64,000 nt of DNA, from assembly GCA_963714015.1 (NCBI GenBank), contig OY970223.1:1600001-1664000 (forward strand), given 5' to 3'. Positions 21,836 through 30,929 of the stretch are shown here, piece by piece (the stretch's first letter is position 1; every line of letters begins with the position of its first letter). The translations under genes were made by a program, and so were the position numbers. The notes beneath the pieces were generated by a model. It was not told the DNA's origin, ran no database searches, and saw only the letters and a list, made by a program, of their open reading frames with translations. The DNA is from Vulcanimicrobiota bacterium (lineage in GTDB: Bacteria; Vulcanimicrobiota; Vulcanimicrobiia; Vulcanimicrobiales; Vulcanimicrobiaceae).

Positions 21836-22268
21836 CCGGCTCGGCACGTCGGTGCGGGAAGCGCTCAAGAGTGATGCGCCTCGTGTCGTGAGTTTGGCGC
21901 AGCAGCTGGGTTACGAAGTGCCTGCCTCGCACGTCACGGCCTATTTGACGGCGCTGAACGAAGATCGCGCCGTTTTCGTTGCCGTTGTGCCGCGAGCCGG
22001 TGTCGTCGGTTGGATTGGCGTTGCGCTCTCACGCTCGCTCACGTCGATCGGTCGCGTCGAGGTCCACGGCTTGGTCGTCGAGGACGAGTATCGCGGCAAC
22101 GGCATCGGCGCGGCGCTGCTGGATGCAGCTGAGGCGTGGGGGCGCAAGCGCGGCTGCACGCGCGTCCGCGTGCTTTCGAACGTTGTTCGCGAACGAGCGC
22201 ACCGGTTCTACGAGCAGACCGGTTACGAAGTCGTCAAAACGGAACGCGTCTTCGAAAAATCGTTATGA
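21819..22268 (+). CDS. GNAT family N-acetyltransferase
   Basis: YRGNGIGAALL acetyl-CoA motif, AHRFYEQTGY. Confidence 0.88.
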   Translation: MQSLPDRLGTSVREALKSDAPRVVSLAQQLGYEVPASHVTAYLTALNEDRAVFVAVVPRAGVVGWIGVALSRSLTSIGRVEVHGLVVEDEYRGNGIGAALLDAAEAWGRKRGCTRVRVLSNVVRERAHRFYEQTGYEVVKTERVFEKSL

Positions 22269-23473
22269 TCGGCCTGGCGTACTGCGATAAGCGCGGTCGC
22301 ATTTTCTTCGACGAGTCGCGAACGCCGCTCGGTGACGGCGGCATCGTGCGTGCCGTTCAAAGCGACGAAGTAATCCCGGCCCCGGCAGGCACGGTGCCGA
22401 TGATTCTTCCGGGGCGCCGCCCGCTGCTCGAAGACAGTGTCGCAAAAAGGCGATATGCGCTTGCCGCGATGCTTCCAGCCGGTTACACCCGACTAATGCT
22501 CCCGGCATATTTTCGCGAACCGGGGGCGCCGGCGCTGCCGCTCTTCGGCTATACGTTCGCTTGCGCCGTGAACGGCGAACTGCACGTCGCGGCGGCGCAA
22601 ACCGACGAAAGCGAGGATTGGCAGCCCCGCCGGTTCGGCGCCGGCGAGTTGGAGGGAATTATCGCCGCGCGGCAGAGCGAAGATCGGCTCAACCGCCTGC
22701 TTCGACAAGTCGCGTTGTGCTCTACCGATTACGGCTGCTTTACTGCGCAGAACGTTTTTCTGGAACGCGGTGAAGCGGCGCTTCCGGTTTCGCCGAAGTG
22801 CAATGCCCGCTGCGTCGGCTGCATCTCGGAGCAAGACGAATTAGCCGGACTTCCGGCGCCGCAGACGCGCATTTCGTTCGAGACTTCCGCGGAGGAAATC
22901 GCGCGCGTCGCGATCCGCCATTTGGAGCGCGTCGAGGACGGCATCGTCTCGTTCGGTCAAGGCTGTGAAGGGGAGCCGCTGCTGCGATCGGTAACGATTG
23001 GCCGCGCGATCGAGCTGATTCGAGCGCGGCGTTCAAACGGGACGATCAATTTGAATACGAACGGAAGTATGCCTTCAGCCTTGCAGCGCTGTATCGACGC
23101 GGGCCTTCAGGCCGTGCGCGTAAGCCTGAACTCGTTTCGGCCGCGCGTGTATGCCGCATATTACCGGCCGGAGGGCTATTCGCTGGACGACGTCTTCGAA
23201 TCGATTCGTTTGGCGTCCGGGCGCGGCTTGCGGGTTTCGTTGAACCTGCTGACGCATCCGGGAATCACCGACGAAGAAGAAGAGCTGCAAGCGATGGAAG
23301 CTTTCTTGAAAAGCGTGCCCGTCGCCATGATTCAAACGCGCACGCTGAACATCGATCCGGAATGGTACTTTGCAACGGTAGGCCGCCCGAACAATCCCTT
23401 GGGAATGCGCGATGCCATCGCAGCAATCGGGCGCGCAGGCGTGCGCGTCGGAAACTTCACGCACACGCATTAG
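22265..23473 (+). CDS. Uncharacterised radical SAM protein
   Basis: CNARCVGC (CxxxCxxC), SFGQGCEGEPL, NLNTNGS. Confidence 0.88.
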   Translation: MIGLAYCDKRGRIFFDESRTPLGDGGIVRAVQSDEVIPAPAGTVPMILPGRRPLLEDSVAKRRYALAAMLPAGYTRLMLPAYFREPGAPALPLFGYTFACAVNGELHVAAAQTDESEDWQPRRFGAGELEGIIAARQSEDRLNRLLRQVALCSTDYGCFTAQNVFLERGEAALPVSPKCNARCVGCISEQDELAGLPAPQTRISFETSAEEIARVAIRHLERVEDGIVSFGQGCEGEPLLRSVTIGRAIELIRARRSNGTINLNTNGSMPSALQRCIDAGLQAVRVSLNSFRPRVYAAYYRPEGYSLDDVFESIRLASGRGLRVSLNLLTHPGITDEEEELQAMEAFLKSVPVAMIQTRTLNIDPEWYFATVGRPNNPLGMRDAIAAIGRAGVRVGNFTHTH

Positions 23474-23482
23474 GGCTGACGG

Positions 23483-24601
23483 ATGAGACTCTGGCATATC
23501 GCCGCGCTGCTGGTGATCGGCGTAGCAGTCGGTGCGCTCTTTCCGGGAAAATTCACCGCCGTCTTTGGGCCGGCCACGTTGTACGTATTTCTCCCAGCAC
23601 TCATCTTCGAGGGCGCTTGGCACTTGGACGCGCGGCTCATGCGCGGCTCGTGGCGCGCGATTGCGATGCTGGCCATACCGGGCGTCATCTTGACTGCCGG
23701 CATCATCGCGCTCTTCGCGCACTACTTTGCGTCCTTCGTTTGGATATCCGCCGGCATACTCGGAGTCATCCTCAGCGCAACGGATCCGGTGGCAGTGGTC
23801 GCAATCTTCCGGCGCATTCCGATTCCCAAGCGCCTGGCGACGATCGTCGAGAGCGAGGCGCTTCTGAACGACGCAATCGCCGTCGTTCTTTACCGCGCGT
23901 TGCTTGGCGCCTCGCTGCCCGGAGCGGTGATGCCTTGGAAAGCTGCGGGTCAGGCCGCAATCGGCGTTGTGCTCGGAGTGGCGCTGGGCGTTGCACTCGC
24001 GGCTTGCGCCTCGTTCTTGCTGCGAAGGCCGTTCGGCACAACCGTCCAATGCGCAGCCACGTTTTTGGGTGCCTACGGCGGGTATTTCATCGCCGAAAGG
24101 CTGGCTTGGTCCGGCATCTTCGCCGTAATTGCTTTCAGCATAACGCTGCGCGAACTCGAACGCACGCGCATCAGCGTCGCTTGCGCAATGGGCGTGGGCG
24201 ATTTCTGGGACGCTATCGCTACGCTTGCGAATCTGTTTCTATTTTTCCTAATCGGCGCCGCACTGGATTTCACGCGATTGGGCGCCGCTGCGCCAGCCGC
24301 CGGGGTGGTGATTGCAGCCGTCCTCGTCTCGCGAATCGCAGTCGCCTACGGGTTGCTCCATTTCGTCCGCTCGCAGGTGAAGCGTGTGTGGCAAACCGTC
24401 GTGCGCATGGCCGGAATCCGCGGAGCGCTCGCGCTGGCGCTGGCCCTGGCGACGCCTTCAGCGATCGCGCAACGCAATGAAATTATCAGCGCGACCTTCG
24501 CCGTCGTTCTGGTGACGGTCTTAGCGGGATCGCTCACGCTGGACAAACGAATCCGGCGCCTTCCCCTGCAGTCAGGCGGGCGCGGTGATGCTGCGGTTTA
24601 A
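23483..24601 (+). CDS. CPA1 cation:proton antiporter (NhaP-like)
   Basis: FLPALIFEGA, ATDPVAV, ESEALLND, GIRGAL. Confidence 0.92.
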   Translation: MRLWHIAALLVIGVAVGALFPGKFTAVFGPATLYVFLPALIFEGAWHLDARLMRGSWRAIAMLAIPGVILTAGIIALFAHYFASFVWISAGILGVILSATDPVAVVAIFRRIPIPKRLATIVESEALLNDAIAVVLYRALLGASLPGAVMPWKAAGQAAIGVVLGVALGVALAACASFLLRRPFGTTVQCAATFLGAYGGYFIAERLAWSGIFAVIAFSITLRELERTRISVACAMGVGDFWDAIATLANLFLFFLIGAALDFTRLGAAAPAAGVVIAAVLVSRIAVAYGLLHFVRSQVKRVWQTVVRMAGIRGALALALALATPSAIAQRNEIISATFAVVLVTVLAGSLTLDKRIRRLPLQSGGRGDAAV

Positions 24602-24988
24602 GACGTCGAGAATGATCTCCGTCGAAGAGATCACCGTTACGGGGCTTTCGGAGTCCAGTGACTCAAAAATCGTTTTGTTTTTCGGATTGTTGACGCGCGC
24701 GATACACCGCGCCTTAGATTTTTTCTTGGTGATCAAGCAAACGACGAGGTTGTCTTCATCATCGCCGGTGTCGGCGACGACGACGTCTGCGCGACCGACA
24801 CCGGCCTGCTCCAAGACGAGCGGATCGCAGCCGTCGCCCACAACAGCAACCTTCTGCTCGATGATCTGCTCGAGCATTCGGGCCTTGCGTTCTTCCTTCT
24901 CGACCATGACGACTTCGTGATGCTGCGCAAGCAGCGCGCGGGTCAGATACGACCCGACTTTTCCTCCGCCGACGATGAGAACGAACAT
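24572..24988 (-). CDS. TrkA-family RCK-N-only protein
   Basis: IVGGGKVG, GDGCDP, TGDDEDN; 138 aa, no RCK-C domain. Confidence 0.85.
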   Translation of the reverse strand: MFVLIVGGGKVGSYLTRALLAQHHEVVMVEKEERKARMLEQIIEQKVAVVGDGCDPLVLEQAGVGRADVVVADTGDDEDNLVVCLITKKKSKARCIARVNNPKNKTIFESLDSESPVTVISSTEIILDVLNRSITAPA

Positions 24989-24991
24989 GCG

Positions 24992-25693
24992 CTAGGCCCT
25001 CCCCGTCGGGGCGATCGCCGGTGTGCCGCCGAGCGGAGCCTGATCGCGCATTTGGAACATCTGCGCGAATTCGGTAATGGCATCGGGAGCGACGATTGCG
25101 TTGATCTCGTCCCCTTCGGCAAGGATCGTATCATCAGCAGCAACGCGCACTGTTTTACCGGTCCGCACTGCGGCAATGCGAATTCGCCCGGGAATCTCGA
25201 AATCTGAGATGCGCTTGCCGGAATCGGCTGCACGAACGACCGCCGTCAGCGAGGTGACTTTTCCGAAGTCAAACGATTGCAGCGTGTCCCACGGTGACTC
25301 CATCAGCACGTCGCGGATGATCTTTGCGCCCACCGTGGTAGGGCAGACAGTGTCGATGCCGAGATCGCGATACATTAGTCCCCGGGCCGGATCGTAGATT
25401 CGGGCCACGATTTTCTTCACATGGAACATGCGCTGAGCGATGAGCGCGGCCATCACGTTACGGTTGTCTCCGTTCGTTACCGCGATGAATCCGTCGGCCG
25501 TCCCCGCGCCCGCACGTTTGAGCACGTCGTAGTCGATCCCGGTCCCGACCACGACGTGCCCTTTGAATTTCTGGCCCAGGCGCTTGAAGGAAGCGGGATT
25601 TTCGTCGACGACGATGATTTCGTGGCCATCGGCGTCGAGCAGTTTTGCCAGGGTAGAACCGACTCGGCCGCATCCGACGATGAGATATCTCAT
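24992..25693 (-). CDS. trkA: TrkA-family potassium uptake regulatory protein
   Basis: MRYLIVGCGRVG, TNGDNRN, ARIYDP; RCK-N plus RCK-C. Confidence 0.88.
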   Translation of the reverse strand: MRYLIVGCGRVGSTLAKLLDADGHEIIVVDENPASFKRLGQKFKGHVVVGTGIDYDVLKRAGAGTADGFIAVTNGDNRNVMAALIAQRMFHVKKIVARIYDPARGLMYRDLGIDTVCPTTVGAKIIRDVLMESPWDTLQSFDFGKVTSLTAVVRAADSGKRISDFEIPGRIRIAAVRTGKTVRVAADDTILAEGDEINAIVAPDAITEFAQMFQMRDQAPLGGTPAIAPTGRA

Positions 25694-25758
25694 GGTGATA
25701 TCCAAGGGTTCGTGCAGGAGGGCAGCCCATCCGCCCGAACCAAAGAGCGTTTTTACAT

Positions 25759-25832
25759 CGGGGCGTGGCTCAGCTTGGTAGAGCGCTTCGTTCGGGACGA
25801 AGAGGTCGCTGGTTCGAATCCAGTCGCCCCGA
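25759..25832 (+). tRNA. tRNA-Pro, anticodon CGG (CCA not encoded)
   Basis: CGGGGCG/CGCCCCG acceptor stem, D-arm GCTCAGCTTGGTAGAGC, anticodon arm CTTCG-TTCGGGA-CGAAG, T-loop TTCGAAT. Confidence 0.96.
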
Positions 25833-25871
25833 TAGTTTCCCCCTCGCAAACGGCAGCAAGTTAACAAGGAA

Positions 25872-26261
25872 TTGTTCTCGAGATTTAGCTCCGCTTCGGG
25901 ACGCGTCTTGCGCGCCGCCGAACAAGAGTGCCGCAACCACAACCATTATTACGTCGGAGTCGAACATCTGCTCGTCGCACTGCTCGAGGAGCCGGACGGT
26001 TCTATTGCCGCGCGTCTTCGTGGTGACGGTATCGACACGTCCGAAGTTCATGCTGAAGTCCGCAGAGCTTTGGGCACCGGCGAAGATCGGCTGTGGGAAG
26101 GCATTTTGGTGACTCCGCGCGTGCGCAAAATCGTCGCCTTGGCCGAGACGCAAGCCGGCGGCCGTGCAGTGGAGCCGCTCGATCTCTTCGAAGCGATTCA
26201 AGCGGAGGGCGGTAGCTTGGCGGCCGAGATCCTGCGCCGGGCGAAACCATGCACGCCCTAA
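25872..26261 (+). CDS. Stand-alone Clp protease N-terminal (Clp-R) domain protein
   Basis: MFSRFS...AEQECRNHNHYYVGVEHLLVALL...TPRVRKIVALA, no ATPase domain. Confidence 0.85.
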   Translation: MFSRFSSASGRVLRAAEQECRNHNHYYVGVEHLLVALLEEPDGSIAARLRGDGIDTSEVHAEVRRALGTGEDRLWEGILVTPRVRKIVALAETQAGGRAVEPLDLFEAIQAEGGSLAAEILRRAKPCTP

Positions 26262-26863
26262 CGGCGTTTTTTACGCACCTCGTCGATCATTTTGGTTATA
26301 CCGGCTTGTTCGTGGCAATGACGCTCGCCAACATCGGCGCGCCAGTGGGCAGCGAAATCGTTCTGCCCGGCGCCGGTGCTCTTGTGGCCACGCATCATCT
26401 TGGAAACCTGTGGGTGGCCATTGCACTTGCCGTATTGGCCGAACTGACGGGGCAGAGCATCGGGTACGCGGTCGGGCGCTTCGGCGGCCGCCCTTTCGTC
26501 GACCGATTCGGAAAGTACGTACGGTTTCACCGTACCGAACTCGAACGAGTCGACGGGTTCTTTGCCCGGTACGGTAAATTCGCAATCTTCATCTGCCGCT
26601 TTATACCGGTGATCCGCGGTATCGTTGGAATTCCGGCCGGAATCGCCCGGATGCCGCTTGGAGCGTTCTACCTTTGGACGTTCGCGGGGTCCCTGATCTT
26701 CTGCGGCGGACTGATTATGCTCGGAAACACACTGGGCACTCACTCGCATGCGGTAGTCGAATCGCTTCGCAAGTACGCGTTTGCAATTATCCTGCTCGTG
26801 GCAGCTGCGGCGATCGCGTACGCGTTTGTTCAAAGCCGCCGCGCGAAGCGGCAGCCGACCTAG
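26249..26863 (+). CDS. DedA family membrane protein
   Basis: SEIVLPGAG, YAVGRFGG, RFIPVIRGIVGIPAG. Confidence 0.92.
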   Translation: MHALTAFFTHLVDHFGYTGLFVAMTLANIGAPVGSEIVLPGAGALVATHHLGNLWVAIALAVLAELTGQSIGYAVGRFGGRPFVDRFGKYVRFHRTELERVDGFFARYGKFAIFICRFIPVIRGIVGIPAGIARMPLGAFYLWTFAGSLIFCGGLIMLGNTLGTHSHAVVESLRKYAFAIILLVAAAAIAYAFVQSRRAKRQPT

Positions 26864-26871
26864 CATAAACT

Positions 26872-28098
26872 ATGCCCAGTGCGATCCAAACTCAGTGCTG
26901 CATCGCCGGCGGAGGGCCGGCCGGCATGATGTTGGCGTTTCTGTTGGCGCGTGCCGGGGTCGAAGTCGTGGTGCTCGAGAAGCATGCGGACTTCTTTCGC
27001 GATTTTCGCGGCGACACGATCCACCCGTCGACTCTGGAAGTCATGGCAGAAATCGGCCTACTCGACGAATTCTTGAAAGTGCCGCATGATGAAGTGCAGC
27101 ATCTTTCCGGACTCGTGGGCTCGACGAACATTCCCGTTGCGGACTTTCGGTATCTGCCGACGCGTTGCAGATTTCTGGCCTTCATGCCGCAGTGGGACTT
27201 TCTCAATTTCCTGGCAACGCAAGGTAAGCGCTATCCGGGCTTTCATTTGAAAATGCAGGCGCGCGCGGACGAACTGCTCTTCGAAGGCGATCGCGTTTGC
27301 GGCGTGCGCGCGCAGACGCCTGAGGGCATCCTGGACGTTCGCTCGGCGCTCGTTGTCGCTGCCGACGGCCGAACATCGGTGCTGCGCGATCGCGCCGGCT
27401 TCGTTCGAACGCAGCTCGGCGCGCCTATGGACATACTTTGGATGCGCATGTCCCGTCATTCAACCGATCCGGAGCAGACGTTCGGCCGCCTCGAGCGCGG
27501 GCGCATCTTCGTAATGCTCAATCGCAACAACTTTTGGCAGTGCGGCTACGTTATTCCCAAAGGAACATTCGACGACATGCGCCGCAACGGAATGGAGGCG
27601 TTTCGCGCCGAGATCGCGCACGTCGCCCCCTTCTTGGCGGATCGCGTGGCCGAACTGCGCGAGTGGGATGACGTGCGCTTGTTGACCGTTGCCGTCGATC
27701 GTTTGCCCAAGTGGTACCGGCCGGGGATGTTATGCATTGGAGACGCGGCGCACGCAATGTCGCCGATCGGCGGCGTAGGAATCAACTTAGCGATTCAGGA
27801 TGCCGTCGCCGCCGCGAATCACCTCGCCGTTCCATTACGCGAAAACCGCATCGCCGATGACGACTTGCGTGCCGTGCAGCGCCGGCGGATGTTTCCGACC
27901 CGGTTTACCCAAGGTGCGCAGCTGTTCATTCAGAAGCGGATCATCAAACGCGTACTGGGAAGCAACGGCGAAACGAAAGCTCCTGCTTTCATGCATCTAT
28001 TCCGCGCTTTTCCGGTTTTGCAGCGGTTGCCGGCTTACCTCGTCGGCGTCGGCGTGCGCCCCGAGCACGTCAAGATTGCCGCCGAGCCAGTTCCCTGA
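26872..28098 (+). CDS. FAD-dependent monooxygenase/oxidoreductase
   Basis: GGGPAG, RDFRGDT, ADG, IGDAAHAMSPIGGVGINLAIQD. Confidence 0.92.
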   Translation: MPSAIQTQCCIAGGGPAGMMLAFLLARAGVEVVVLEKHADFFRDFRGDTIHPSTLEVMAEIGLLDEFLKVPHDEVQHLSGLVGSTNIPVADFRYLPTRCRFLAFMPQWDFLNFLATQGKRYPGFHLKMQARADELLFEGDRVCGVRAQTPEGILDVRSALVVAADGRTSVLRDRAGFVRTQLGAPMDILWMRMSRHSTDPEQTFGRLERGRIFVMLNRNNFWQCGYVIPKGTFDDMRRNGMEAFRAEIAHVAPFLADRVAELREWDDVRLLTVAVDRLPKWYRPGMLCIGDAAHAMSPIGGVGINLAIQDAVAAANHLAVPLRENRIADDDLRAVQRRRMFPTRFTQGAQLFIQKRIIKRVLGSNGETKAPAFMHLFRAFPVLQRLPAYLVGVGVRPEHVKIAAEPVP

Positions 28099-28427
28099 CG
28101 ATCGCTTCAATAGCGGCGTCGTCTTCTCGGCGTTTGTTGGCCGCTACGGTCTTGCGCCGGTCCGACACAAAGATCCATGCCGCAGTAACCCCGCAGAGTA
28201 CGAAAATTGCGATCTGCGCGGGGGCAGAAAGCTCGAGCTCCGACAAACAGTCCGAACGCAGCCGCAGCGGCGCCAAGAGCGGCGAATACGCTGTTCAGCG
28301 AGTCCCCGGGACGTACGTGCCAGTCAGGGAAAAGCCGCCTCGCGACGCGGATGCCTATCACGTCGTAGAGCAGTTTCAACGTCGTAAGAGCAAAAAGTAC
28401 GTAGAACGCCGTACGAATCAAATGCAT
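28070..28427 (-). CDS. Small membrane protein, apparently split by one indel near 28246
   Basis: Hydrophobic ORF 28427 onward continues in the frame of ORF 28070..28276 (LELSAPAQIAIFVLCG) if one T of CTGTTTGTCG is removed. Confidence 0.5.
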
Positions 28428-28464
28428 ATTAAGCGCGTCCGTTTATCACCTTACGGCTGTGCCC

Positions 28465-29445
28465 CTACTGATATACCGCTTTGGCGGTCTGAATCGCCGC
28501 TGAGCCGTTGCGCCAGACGACGTACGTTAATTTCTGCGCGGCGTTGATCGACGCTGCGCCGAACTCGCCGCGCGGATTGAGCGCGATCGCGCAATACATG
28601 TCGGTGTGAACGTTGGGCGCCGTCCGCGCGATTGTACGCATCAGGTCCTCACACGCTTCTTGCGGATGCATACCTTCGCGCATTTTGTTCACGAGGTAGG
28701 CACTTGTGGCGTAGTTCGACATCACGTCGCCGTTGCCGGTTGCGGAAGCGGCACCTGCGGTGTCGTCGGCCATGTACCCTGCGCCCACGATCGGCGAGTC
28801 TGCTACGCGTCCCGGAATCTTCCACGCGATGCCGCTTGTGGAGCAGCCCGCCGCAACTCGACCGTGGCCATCCGTTGCGCATATGCCGATGGTATCGTGA
28901 TTGTGTTTGCTTACGTAGTACGTCTCATGATCGGGAGTTTGTTTCCACTTTAGCCACGCTTCCAGGCTTTGCGGTGTCAACAGCTGCATTGGTTGAAAGC
29001 CCATGCGCATCGCAAATTCGAGCGCTCCGTCGCCCGCTAATTGGGTGTGCGTGGTTCGTTCCAGCACCAAACGAGCAACGGAGATGGGGTTCTTGATCTT
29101 GTGCAAATTGAACACCGCGCCGGCGCGATGACGCGTTCCGTCCATGATCCCGGCGTCGAGCTCGACCTCTCCCTCGGCGTTGGGAAATCCGCCGTAGCCG
29201 ACTGTCGTGATGCTCGGATCGTCTTCGATGAGATTGATGCCTTTTTCGATGCCGTCGAGCAGCGAACCGCCGCGGCGCAGGATTCCTACGGCACGCTCTA
29301 CTGCCGGCTTACTGAAATCCCAAGTCGCGATGAATACCGGGCCGTTCGATCCGGCGGCGTCCGTCGCCGAAGGTGGATCCAAAACCGACAGCGCTGCAGC
29401 GCCGGCTGCGGAGCTCAAGAACGAGCGTCGCTTTATCGTGTCCAT
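28465..29445 (-). CDS. Tat-exported glycosylasparaginase / Ntn-hydrolase
   Basis: KRRSFL Tat motif, VGYGGFPN, ELDAGIMDG, HDTIG autocleavage site, GRVADSP. Confidence 0.9.
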   Translation of the reverse strand: MDTIKRRSFLSSAAGAAALSVLDPPSATDAAGSNGPVFIATWDFSKPAVERAVGILRRGGSLLDGIEKGINLIEDDPSITTVGYGGFPNAEGEVELDAGIMDGTRHRAGAVFNLHKIKNPISVARLVLERTTHTQLAGDGALEFAMRMGFQPMQLLTPQSLEAWLKWKQTPDHETYYVSKHNHDTIGICATDGHGRVAAGCSTSGIAWKIPGRVADSPIVGAGYMADDTAGAASATGNGDVMSNYATSAYLVNKMREGMHPQEACEDLMRTIARTAPNVHTDMYCAIALNPRGEFGAASINAAQKLTYVVWRNGSAAIQTAKAVYQ

Positions 29446-29507
29446 GCGCACTCGTGCGACGCCCTCGCGAAAGGCTCCTGGAACGGCTGATGCAGTATAC
29501 TAGCGGC

Positions 29508-30896
29508 ATGGTTCAAACGAACCCATGGACGGCGTTTCGCGCTGCGCTGTTCTCCATAGCAGCAGTTTTGGCCGCCTTTCTCGCAATGTACGGGCTGTGC
29601 GTGAAGCTCGGGCACGATCCGTCGCCCGCAGTTCTTGCCGCCGCACTGACCGTCGGGCTGATGCGGCGTCCGGAACGCGCTACGCCGGCCGGACTTTCGG
29701 CAAAGCTCGCGATGCTTCCGCTGATTGCGATGACGGCCGGCCTTATCGGAATGCTCTTTCACGCCCTACCTTTAGCCGGCGCTGCGCTTTTCACTTGCGC
29801 GGTTGCCGTATCCGTATGGCTGCGCAACTTCGGTGAACGGGGTGCGGCGGCCGGGGGCGTTATCGCGCTCTCATTCATGGCGATTCTGGTGGTTCCCGTG
29901 CGCCCCGGAACGGGAGCGGAAAGAGTGACGACCGCGGTTCTAGTCGTGCTCGCCGGCGTCTTTGCTTTTCTCATCGCAGCGGTTTTCGCGCGGCTCAGTT
30001 CGCGCGCGGGCGTCGTTTCTGAGTCAAGTTCATCGCGCTTACAACGACGGCGAGTGCGCGAAGGCGCCATGCCGCCGGCGACGCGGGGAGCGCTGCAAAT
30101 GTTTGCGGCTCTGGCGTTCGCATTCGCGTGCGGTTTAACGATCTTTCACCAGCATTGGCCTTGGGTCGTGCTGAGCTCGTTCATCGTCACCAGCGGCGCT
30201 ATGGGACGCGGCGATGCGGTGTACAAAGCTCTGCTGCGCTTCGGCGGGGCGGCCGGCGGCACGCTGTGCGCCCTGTTCATCGCTCAGATCCATTTTCCAA
30301 ATTCAACCGGGTATGCCACGGCGATCTTTGGCGTGTTGTTCCTGGGAATCTGGCTGCGCCAAATCAACTATGTGTATTGGGCCGCAGGCGCGACGCTGAT
30401 CTTCGCGTTGCTGCAAGGAACGCAGGGCGCCTCGCTTCCGTTGTTCGGCATTCGCGTCCTATGCATCGCCGCGGGGGCGCTGTGCGGGATTGCGGCCACA
30501 TGGTTCGTCTATCCGGTTCACACGGAAAACGTCGTGCGACTGCGAGTCGCCGAAGCGCTTGGCGCGCTGCGTGAAATTCTGGCCGCGCATGCCGCGGGAG
30601 AACTGCACGAGTCCCATTGGGAAACGGTGCGCCATCACGAGGCGCAACTGAGCCGCGTCGCTCCGCCCGTGCGCCTGCACCGCGCCGTATTCGGTGCAGC
30701 GGACGCCGACGCGCATCCCGCGGCGCTGATTGAACGCATGCGTGAACTGCTGCGGCACCTGCGCGATCCCGGCTTGGATCGCCGGGATGTTGGAGGCGAA
30801 ATGCGCAGGATCGGCGAGATCCTCAAACGGCGCTCAGAGCGAGTCCGTGCGGACGGACGCATGCCTGAACCGCCAAGCGGCACCGATAAAGTTTGA
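29508..30896 (+). CDS. FUSC family membrane protein
   Basis: Multi-TM protein; HWPWVVLS...KALLRFGGAAGGT; TATACT 6 nt before ATG 29508. Confidence 0.8.
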   Translation: MVQTNPWTAFRAALFSIAAVLAAFLAMYGLCVKLGHDPSPAVLAAALTVGLMRRPERATPAGLSAKLAMLPLIAMTAGLIGMLFHALPLAGAALFTCAVAVSVWLRNFGERGAAAGGVIALSFMAILVVPVRPGTGAERVTTAVLVVLAGVFAFLIAAVFARLSSRAGVVSESSSSRLQRRRVREGAMPPATRGALQMFAALAFAFACGLTIFHQHWPWVVLSSFIVTSGAMGRGDAVYKALLRFGGAAGGTLCALFIAQIHFPNSTGYATAIFGVLFLGIWLRQINYVYWAAGATLIFALLQGTQGASLPLFGIRVLCIAAGALCGIAATWFVYPVHTENVVRLRVAEALGALREILAAHAAGELHESHWETVRHHEAQLSRVAPPVRLHRAVFGAADADAHPAALIERMRELLRHLRDPGLDRRDVGGEMRRIGEILKRRSERVRADGRMPEPPSGTDKV

Positions 30897-30929
30897 ATCG
30901 CATCCCGCATCGAATCTCCCTAAGATTCC

